NCBI GenBank assembly: GCA_964415615.1
Contig: CAYQAW010000002.1
Location: 1,897-65,896 of the forward strand
Direction: 5' to 3'
DNA: 64,000 nt
DNA from: an uncultured Gammaproteobacteria bacterium
GTDB taxonomy: Bacteria; Patescibacteriota; Microgenomatia; Daviesbacterales; UBA10151
The notes beneath the pieces are model-generated. The model was not told the DNA's origin, did not search any database, and saw nothing but the letters and a program-made list of their open reading frames with translations. Position numbers and translations under genes: made by a program. The stretch's first letter is position 1. Each line of letters begins with the position of its first letter. Below are positions 57,796 to 64,000 of the stretch, piece after piece.

Positions 57796-58704
57796 ATGAT
57801 AATAATAGGTTTTGTTTTTGGAATGGTTTTAGGGAGTTTTGCGAAAGCGCTAGCTGATAGAAGTTTAAGTAAAAAGTCTTTTTGGGGAAGGTCGTATTGT
57901 CTGGATTGTAAACACAAGCTGGCATGGTGCGACCTTTTTCCTATTTTCTCCTACATAATCCTTCAAGGTAAATGCAGGTATTGCAGAAAAAAAATTCCTC
58001 TGGAATACCCAATTGCTGAAATTATTCTGGGAATATTGGTGGGATTTCTCTTTTGGCAAAGCTTCAAAAATTTTCAATTTACAATTTTCAATTTTCATTC
58101 AATTTTCAATTTACAATTTTCAATTTTCATTTTTGAATTAGTATATAAAACTTTCTTTATATTAATCTTGGCTGTTTTATTTATAACTGATTTAAAAAAG
58201 ATGTTTATTCCAGACAGGATTATAATTCCTTCTATAATTATTGGAGTCATTGGGATTACAGCTGTTACCATATATAAGATAGGTCATCTTTATTATTATC
58301 TTTCTCAAAGTGCTGTAGGCAGATTATTACTCCCTCCCCATAGTGAATATTTTCAAAGGCATGCTTTGATTACTGCTCAGCCATTTTTGCTATCTATTTT
58401 AATGGGACTAGCAATTGGAGGTTTTTTCTTAAGTTTAATAATTATTACCAGAGGTAAAGGTATGGGAGGTGGAGATGTTAAGTTAGGAGCCTTTATAGGG
58501 CTGATGTTGGGCTTCCCTAATGCTTTAGCTGCTTTGGTGCTGTCATTTTTATCAGGAGCTGTATTTTCAGTAGGTCTGATACTCCTGGGTAAAAAGCATT
58601 TTGGTCAAACAATCCCCTTTGGTCCATTTTTGGTATTAGGAAGTTTAATTGTGCTTTATTGGGGCAATCAGATTATGGACTGGTATTTAAAACTTGGGTC
58701 TTGA
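57796..58704 (+). CDS. pilD: Prepilin peptidase PilD (A24 family).
   Basis: N-terminal zinc-binding CLDC...CRYC. Two catalytic Asp-containing loops. About 8 TM helices. Contains an in-frame CAATTTTCAATTT-type tandem repeat (58075-58135). Confidence 0.85.
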   Translation: MIIIGFVFGMVLGSFAKALADRSLSKKSFWGRSYCLDCKHKLAWCDLFPIFSYIILQGKCRYCRKKIPLEYPIAEIILGILVGFLFWQSFKNFQFTIFNFHSIFNLQFSIFIFELVYKTFFILILAVLFITDLKKMFIPDRIIIPSIIIGVIGITAVTIYKIGHLYYYLSQSAVGRLLLPPHSEYFQRHALITAQPFLLSILMGLAIGGFFLSLIIITRGKGMGGGDVKLGAFIGLMLGFPNALAALVLSFLSGAVFSVGLILLGKKHFGQTIPFGPFLVLGSLIVLYWGNQIMDWYLKLGS

Positions 58705-58782
58705 TCAATCGTCTCAATATGATACGATTAAGGTATATGAGTGAGACGAATTTCTTAGTAATATTTTTTTGAGGTAACCTCC

Positions 58783-58804
58783 GATTACACCCTTGGGGTG
58801 TAAA
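58783..58804. repeat. REP-like hairpin ACACCC-TTGG-GGTGT (left flank of the IS200-like gene).
   Basis: Perfect 6-bp stem with a 4-nt loop, seen directly. Confidence 0.6.
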
Positions 58805-58810
58805 GATGAG

Positions 58811-59458
58811 TTAACTATATTCCTCTACCAGTTGGTGTTTTATAATTTCCAGTTCTCTGCCATAATCTGCCCGATCAGCAACGAATTTCTGATAATCTTT
58901 TGGTAATTTGAACTGATTTAGAATAATTTCTTTAGCACAGATTTTTTGAGTACTTAGCCCAATATATTCCAGATAAGATGACCAGCGGTAATCTTCTAGG
59001 TCTTTTACTAAACCTGAAACTAAGGGATTTAGATGGATATATCTGCTAAGATGTAATAACTGCTCATTACTTTCCACCAATACTGATTTGAACTCTCCTT
59101 GCAGAAGAGGCCCAACTCTACCATGCTTAATGTTGAAATACTTAGTATAACTATTGCTTAATTTACTGATAAATTCAGTTATGCCACCATCAATTAATTG
59201 TTTAATCAGGAAATGGAAATGGTTTGGCATTAAACAAAAGCAGATAATCTCGACTATCTGCTTGCTTGTGTCTAATAGATTATTAGTTGGCGCAAACAGG
59301 GAAAATCTGGGTTTTGGCCCAAGTATTTTGTAATAAAGCATGGTTTTTAAAAATCTTTGATAGTGATATGAGTTTTTAAAGATATTCATTTTGTCCACAC
59401 CCCTGTTGAAAATATGGTAATACTCCCCATTAACTAATGGATGAATTCTTGAAGGCAT
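58811..59458 (-). mobile_element. Second IS200/IS605-like Y1 (RAYT-type) transposase gene, flanked by REP-like hairpins.
   Basis: HUH motif in the context PNHFHFLIKQ. Paralog of 21674..22345. The 22-mer CGATTACACCCTTGGGGTGTAA sits at 58783-58804 and again at 59497-59518, followed by three tandem GTAAGTATGGGGT copies. Confidence 0.7.
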
Positions 59459-59496
59459 ATATTTAGTAGATCACATCCTAGCTAGAATGTAAACCA

Positions 59497-59548
59497 ACGA
59501 TTACACCCTTGGGGTGTAAGTATGGGGTGTAAGTATGGGGTGTAAGTA
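59497..59548. repeat. REP-like hairpin ACACCC-TTGG-GGTGT plus three tandem GTAAGTATGGGGT half-copies (right flank).
   Basis: Seen directly. Confidence 0.6.
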
Positions 59549-59563
59549 CAACTTAGTTAAATC

Positions 59564-59757
59564 CCCTTTGGTCCATTTTTGGTACTAGGAAGTTTAATTG
59601 TGCTTTATTTTTGAACCAGAATACCCCGTCAGTAGGCTTTGGGGATGGAAGGTTTAAAAAGAATTCACCCGAAGGGATACTCCGCAGTTTACTGCGGAGT
59701 AGTTCATTGGGGCAATCAGATTATGGACTGGTATTTAAAACTTGGGTCTTGATCAAT
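59564..59757 (+). repeat. Duplicated 3' end of pilD (copy 2 of 58612-58709), interrupted by a 97-bp insertion (59611-59707) that carries the CTCCGCAG-TTTA-CTGCGGAG hairpin.
   Basis: 59564-59610 and 59708-59757 are nearly identical to 58612-58658 and 58659-58709. The ORF-track ORF 59611..59829 over this region is spurious. Confidence 0.75.
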
Positions 59758-60175
59758 TTTTGTCTAAATATTTCAAAATTTCAGCTCCAAATTGACAAAG
59801 ATCTTTTAAATCTTCCTTGTAATCTTTGAAAAGAAGCTTGAAATCAAAATCATCATAACCATGAACTACCCTGTTTCTAAAGTCTGCTGCCTGACCCATT
59901 TTTAATGATAATTCTTTATCGATGATTCCTTTCTCTCCCAAAAAAATAAAAGCATCTTTGGCTGTTTCTTTCCGGGGTGCGTTTGATGAAGCAATAATAT
60001 GGGTAGCAATATCAATAGAGGTTTCTACAGCTTGCTGGAGGCGGAAGACTATCAAGTCATGAATATCAACGTTTTCTATAAACTCACCAGCGGTAAAATC
60101 CATATTTTCTATCTTATGGATTTGTTCACTTAAAAAATCTAACTTTTTTGCCACTAAATCTTTACTAATTAACAT
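59753..60175 (-). CDS. HEPN-domain toxin, HepT (DUF86)-like.
   Basis: R-x4-H-x-Y motif in the context RNRVVHGY. Overlaps the upstream nucleotidyltransferase gene. Confidence 0.7.
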   Translation of the reverse strand: MLISKDLVAKKLDFLSEQIHKIENMDFTAGEFIENVDIHDLIVFRLQQAVETSIDIATHIIASSNAPRKETAKDAFIFLGEKGIIDKELSLKMGQAADFRNRVVHGYDDFDFKLLFKDYKEDLKDLCQFGAEILKYLDKN

Positions 60176-60626
60176 AAGAGAATTTATCTTTTAAGTAAGA
60201 ATAATAGATTTTTCTGAGATGAGCAGTATCATAATAATTACCTAAAGTGAATGCCTCAAAAGCAATCTTTTCTTTTTCTGATCTTTGATAAATACATTGT
60301 CCTGTACTGACGATTTGAAACAGAAACAAAGGAGAAGAATTTTTATCAACTACGGATAAATCTAGATCCTTAGGAAAATTAATATCTGATATCAAAGTAT
60401 GAATATATTCATAGTCAATTTTGCTAGCATTATCTACAATTATGGCTAAATCAAAATCACTATCGGTTTTTGCTCTGCCACTAATGACTGATCCTAAGAC
60501 ATAAGCCAGTTTTATCTTAGGTTCTTTGGATAATGAGGTGTCTATTTGTGAGATCATTGTTGTGTCTAACATAAGATAAGTATAACATTTGCTTAGGTAG
60601 TTGATCAATCGATAATAACAAACCAT
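60165..60626 (-). CDS. Minimal nucleotidyltransferase (MntA-like) antitoxin.
   Basis: Pattern G-S-x9-13-D-x-D in the context GSVISGRAKTDSDFDLAI. Confidence 0.65.
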   Translation of the reverse strand: MVCYYRLINYLSKCYTYLMLDTTMISQIDTSLSKEPKIKLAYVLGSVISGRAKTDSDFDLAIIVDNASKIDYEYIHTLISDINFPKDLDLSVVDKNSSPLFLFQIVSTGQCIYQRSEKEKIAFEAFTLGNYYDTAHLRKIYYSYLKDKFSYVN

Positions 60627-60713
60627 CCCCTTTGGCCCATAGCTAGTACTAGGTAGTTTAATAATGCTTTTCTGGGGAAATCAAATTATTGATTGGTATT
60701 TAAGACTTGGTCA
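60627..60713 (+). repeat. Third, more diverged copy (about 75% identity) of the pilD 3' end.
   Basis: CCCCTTTGGCCCAT...TTGATTGGTATTTAAGACTTGGTCAATGAG aligns with 58612-58709. Confidence 0.6.
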
Positions 60714-60770
60714 ATGAGTAGTTGACAAATAATAGAGAAAAAGTTGTATTATGGAATATAGATACTGCCT

Positions 60771-61247
60771 ATGAAAAAAACTGCTGGATTTACCTTAGTT
60801 GAGCTTTTAGTTGTTGTGGCTATTATTGGCCTTTTGTCTGCTATAGGTATGGTTGTTTTTGCAGATGCTCAAGCAAAAGGCAGGGATGCTAAAAGAAGAG
60901 CTGATATTGATTCCATAGCTAAAGCTCTGGAGATACACAAAACAGATAATGGTGGGTATCAAGCTTTGGATGCAGCCTGGTTAGGATCTTCTACAGGCCT
61001 TCCTACCACTGATCCAAAAACTAATCCCTACTGTATTTCTACTAATGCTACTGCAAATCCCAGTAATACTGCTGCTTGGACTGTTTGTTCAAGTATTAGT
61101 GGTGGAGGGAGTAGTGCTTCTTGGGTTGCTGTAGCTGGTGGTCAACCCACTGTTTCTTCGGGTACTGTTAACTCTTGGAGAGTTTGTGCATTTTTGGAAA
61201 ATCCCGGTGGTACTGCTCAACCTTATTGTAGATCTAATCTTCAATAA
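60771..61247 (+). CDS. Prepilin-type pilin.
   Basis: N-terminal context MKKTAGFTLVELLVVVAIIGLLSAIG. Cys-rich C-terminus. Confidence 0.75.
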   Translation: MKKTAGFTLVELLVVVAIIGLLSAIGMVVFADAQAKGRDAKRRADIDSIAKALEIHKTDNGGYQALDAAWLGSSTGLPTTDPKTNPYCISTNATANPSNTAAWTVCSSISGGGSSASWVAVAGGQPTVSSGTVNSWRVCAFLENPGGTAQPYCRSNLQ

Positions 61248-61345
61248 ACTGAAACCTAGGTATTGACAAGGCCTTTTAATTATGAAAATAATAGAACGTA
61301 GACTATTTTTTACAAAAAGAGATTAACAAGATAAAAGATTAAAAC

Positions 61346-61900
61346 ATGAAACGTTTACTGCCCACGTTACTAAAGCTACGGGTAACTTCCTACAAATTAC
61401 TTCATGCACGCAAAAAAGGCTTCACATTGATTGAGCTGATGGTAGTGATATCCATAATAGCAATTCTGTCACTAGTATCCTTCAGTCTTTTTACTGGAGC
61501 CCAAGGTTCTGCAAGGGATTCCAGAAGAGCTATTGAAGTTGATGCGCTTGCGAAAAATATTGAATCGACAAAAGATCCTACTGCTAAAACGTACTCTTAT
61601 ACATCTGATCTTTTTAATGCTGATTATAAGACTCTTCCGACGGATCCTAGTTTAAGTACTGGTTATTGTTTTAAGACTGCGAGTAAGGCCATTTCTAATC
61701 CAACAAATTGGGTTCCTACTTCTACTAAGGCATGTCCCCAGGATGTTTGCGCAGGTAATCCTTCTGTATGTAATGATAGTACATGGGTGGAATTAAAAAA
61801 TGCTTTTACAGCTCCATCCGCTGATAAATACTTTATGGTATGTGCAGCATCTGAAAGAGGCTCAACCGCGATTTGCCAGGGTCCATTCCTCACCAAATAA
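61346..61900 (+). CDS. Prepilin-type pilin (long leader).
   Basis: A context KGFTLIELMVVISIIAIL. C-terminal Cys residues. Confidence 0.7.
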   Translation: MKRLLPTLLKLRVTSYKLLHARKKGFTLIELMVVISIIAILSLVSFSLFTGAQGSARDSRRAIEVDALAKNIESTKDPTAKTYSYTSDLFNADYKTLPTDPSLSTGYCFKTASKAISNPTNWVPTSTKACPQDVCAGNPSVCNDSTWVELKNAFTAPSADKYFMVCAASERGSTAICQGPFLTK

Positions 61901-61920
61901 GTTTATAATCACTAGCAGAA

Positions 61921-61947
61921 AACCCCGCCATCTTTTATGGCGGGGAT
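61921..61947. terminator. Hairpin CCCCGCCAT-CTTTT-ATGGCGGGG between convergent genes; a T-tract follows on the minus strand.
   Basis: Seen directly. Confidence 0.5.
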
Positions 61948-62034
61948 GAATGCAGTGATTACAGTCTTCTGCGGAAAGATAGGTGGAAAATTGAGAAAGG
62001 GTTTTCTGTAGTTTCTTGTAAACTTTTCAAAGAA

Positions 62035-62057
62035 AACCGCGGACTTTTAGTCCGCGG
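62035..62057 (-). terminator. Hairpin CCGCGGACT-TTT-AGTCCGCGG followed on the minus strand by TTTTCTTTG; likely terminator of the AbiEii-like gene.
   Basis: Seen directly. Confidence 0.55.
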
Positions 62058-62114
62058 AAGTTTATAAATGGTTAGAGCCGATAGGAAATGGGAAGATATT
62101 TGACAAAGAAAATA

Positions 62115-62747
62115 TCAAATTTTTAATTTGCTTTTGGCAAGAGCAATTGTTTGAGTTTGAAAAAATTTCTTTACCTCTTTCCAGGAAATAGGAATTAACA
62201 TTTTAGGCATGTCATCTATTTCCGCTTCAGCAAAATAGTCCATACTCCTAAGAATTATATAAAAGTGACTTTCTAAAACCCCGTACTTCTGGTCATAGAA
62301 TTTAAGCATCTGTTCTAAAGAAAATTCCTTTGCTAAAAAAAACAGATCAACAAAATCTCTCCTGGTTCCCCTATCTTCTAAGGCATGAATTTTCATAGCA
62401 GCAATATCTTCTTTATCTAATACTTGAACCCCTTCAAAATTAACGGTTTTTTTAATCAGGGGATATTGATAATAAAATAAACTGAATTTTGTTTTTCCGA
62501 TATTACCCCAGACTGTCCTCCAGGCTATGCCATCCTCCTTAAATTCAGGGATCTTTTTTAGGTTTTGAGAAAGCACTTGTTCATCAAACTTTTCCTTGGT
62601 AAAGAAATCCAAATCTACGGAAATTCTATGACCCAGATGCAATGCCAGCGCAGTCCCACCTGCCAGATAGCTTTTTTTAACAATACTTATTTTAGAAACT
62701 AACTTGACAGCCCGAAGGGTATCCGGGAGTAAGGTTTTTGTAAACAT
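62115..62747 (-). CDS. AbiEii/AbiGii-family nucleotidyltransferase (type IV toxin-antitoxin / abortive-infection toxin).
   Basis: Nucleotidyltransferase-fold GG motif and D-x-D in the context AGGTALALHLGHRISVDLDFF. Confidence 0.6.
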   Translation of the reverse strand: MFTKTLLPDTLRAVKLVSKISIVKKSYLAGGTALALHLGHRISVDLDFFTKEKFDEQVLSQNLKKIPEFKEDGIAWRTVWGNIGKTKFSLFYYQYPLIKKTVNFEGVQVLDKEDIAAMKIHALEDRGTRRDFVDLFFLAKEFSLEQMLKFYDQKYGVLESHFYIILRSMDYFAEAEIDDMPKMLIPISWKEVKKFFQTQTIALAKSKLKI

Positions 62748-63004
62748 GGTACCTTTTTGTGGTCTATTTTTAAAATGTCGGCCCAGAAATTGGCTGTTTT
62801 GCGCGAAATGTCACGAGTCATAAGCAATAGCTGTTTGATTTCTTCTTTAGTAAAATTTCGTTCTAACCATTTTAATGCTTTAGTATCGCCCCGGTCTAAA
62901 ACACGTTTTAAGATAAAAGTTCTGGATTTTTCTAATGTCATAGAATCAAAATCCACATCCCAAAAATATTTTTTTAAAAAATTTGGCAGCTTTTGTATTT
63001 TCAC
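62699..63004 (-). CDS. Small protein upstream of, and overlapping, the AbiEii gene; probable cognate antitoxin.
   Basis: 101 aa. Position and overlap only; the fold is not recognised. Confidence 0.4.
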   Translation of the reverse strand: MKIQKLPNFLKKYFWDVDFDSMTLEKSRTFILKRVLDRGDTKALKWLERNFTKEEIKQLLLMTRDISRKTANFWADILKIDHKKVPCLQKPYSRIPFGLSS

Positions 63005-63147
63005 ATTATTATTTTATCATAAATGAAGCTCTACTTGAAGGTACTAGTAGTTTAATGTAATAATTTAAATTAATGCCCATTCCACATTTAACAATTGACA
63101 ATGAACATTTAACAGTTAACAAAAAATTGTTAAATGATAAATGTAAA

Positions 63148-63876
63148 ATGTTCAATGCCTTTGGTTTTACCTTAATTGAGTTAATGGTAACGGTAGCTAT
63201 AATAGCTATTCTATCTGGAATTGGATATAGCACTTATTCTTCAATACAGGCAAATGCCAGGGATGCTAAAAGAAAAGCAGATGTAGATGCTATAGCCAAA
63301 GTTTTAGAGGATAAATATAACTCTAGCACGGGGTTGTATCCTTCGTATAGTGAGGTATCTGATAGAGATTTTACTTCAGGCGCAAAGCCTAAGCAATTTG
63401 ATGGTACAGATTATACTCCCCAGTTTGGATCTGGTAGTCAGGCTTACAAATCTTTTGTAATTTGTACTACTCAATTGGAGAAGTCTACCCAACCCTATTG
63501 CAAATATTCAGCTAATGGTAGTTCTAGTTCTATTGGTAGCTTGCCGACCACCACAAAATGTTCTAAATTTAATAATTTAATAGGCGGTCAATCTCAGTCA
63601 TGCAGTTATTTAACATATGGATCATTCTCAACTAACATAACCCCTGATAGTACAATTAGAATTGACTGTAACGATATTAGAGATAACGATATTGGAGATG
63701 CTGCGAATATAATTTGTTCTTCTAATAAGAGGTGTGCGTATGCGCCTTACCCTTCTCAGCAATTACCCTGGTATAAAGAGGATGGTAGCGAAGGCGGGAC
63801 AGTGGTATTGGCTATCGCGAATTGTTCCATTTATAATAACAATTTTTTTTCATCTGTGAATGTAATTTTGAAATGA
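63148..63876 (+). CDS. Prepilin-type pilin. The ORF-track start at 63073 gives an implausibly long leader, so the probable start is the MFNAFGFTLIEL Met.
   Basis: A context FGFTLIELMVTVAIIAIL. Multiple Cys residues in the C-terminal half. Confidence 0.65.
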   Translation: MFNAFGFTLIELMVTVAIIAILSGIGYSTYSSIQANARDAKRKADVDAIAKVLEDKYNSSTGLYPSYSEVSDRDFTSGAKPKQFDGTDYTPQFGSGSQAYKSFVICTTQLEKSTQPYCKYSANGSSSSIGSLPTTTKCSKFNNLIGGQSQSCSYLTYGSFSTNITPDSTIRIDCNDIRDNDIGDAANIICSSNKRCAYAPYPSQQLPWYKEDGSEGGTVVLAIANCSIYNNNFFSSVNVILK

Positions 63877-63895
63877 AAAATTAAATATAAAATTA

Positions 63896-64000
63896 ATGGT
63901 TAAAAAAAAGATAGTTTCTAAAATAGGTTTTACTTTGATTGAGCTTTTGGTGGTAGTGACTATTTTGGCAGTATTATCTCTTGCGGGGATGGCTGCATTT
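63896..64000 (+). CDS. Partial CDS: N-terminus of a fifth prepilin-type pilin, running off the window end.
   Basis: Hand translation from 63896 gives MVKKKIVSKIGFTLIELLVVVTILAVLSLAGMAAF... Confidence 0.55.
   Translation, partial: MVKKKIVSKIGFTLIELLVVVTILAVLSLAGMAAF

Noticed and set aside
59611-59829. ORF-track ORF of 72 aa on the plus strand.
   Set aside because: It spans the 97-bp insertion and the duplicated pilD gene end and runs antisense into hepT. It is explained by the fossil pilD 3'-end copy rather than a gene.

Overview
Read by eye from the six-frame ORF track; no searches were run. The window is AT-rich (about one third GC) with short intergenic spacers and looks like a small-genome bacterium, possibly a CPR/Patescibacteria-type lineage. 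It uses the standard genetic code.

Housekeeping genes recognisable from motifs: pyruvoyl-type arginine decarboxylase, tRNA-guanine transglycosylase, YebC and RuvC. Cell-wall and DNA genes: murC, murD, murI, ddl, alr, peptide deformylase, gyrA and gyrB. There is a Kef-type antiporter with an RCK domain, a P-type ATPase, and a histidine kinase followed by a receiver-only response regulator.

A type IV pilus locus (pilB, pilT, pilC, pilD and at least five prepilin-type pilin genes) fills the last 11 kb. It is interrupted by an IS200-like tyrosine (RAYT-type) transposase, a HepT/MntA toxin-antitoxin pair and an AbiEii pair. Two RelB/RelE(YafQ)-like pairs lie elsewhere.

The most unusual region is about 26.5-33.9 kb. 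Two tyrosine recombinases bracket five consecutive secreted or membrane-anchored proteins. These carry cohesin-like and dockerin-like (calcium-loop) modules, Ala-Pro-Thr linkers, near-identical internal tandem duplications and five thrombospondin type-1-like repeats. This looks like a self-assembling cell-surface scaffold.

A second odd locus lies at 5.0-9.1 kb: an HTH-STAND(NB-ARC-like) ATPase fused to a polytopic membrane domain, a stand-alone paralog of that membrane domain, a 4-TM DMT-like protein and an NNMT/PNMT/TEMT-family methyltransferase.

The genome also carries several families of short repeats. REP-like hairpins flank both IS200-like genes. Heptamer-based hairpin elements sit in two intergenic spacers and, in frame, inside gyrA and murD. 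The pilD 3' end is present in three copies separated by insertions. At least two genes appear split by frameshifts. I found no tRNA, rRNA or CRISPR array.
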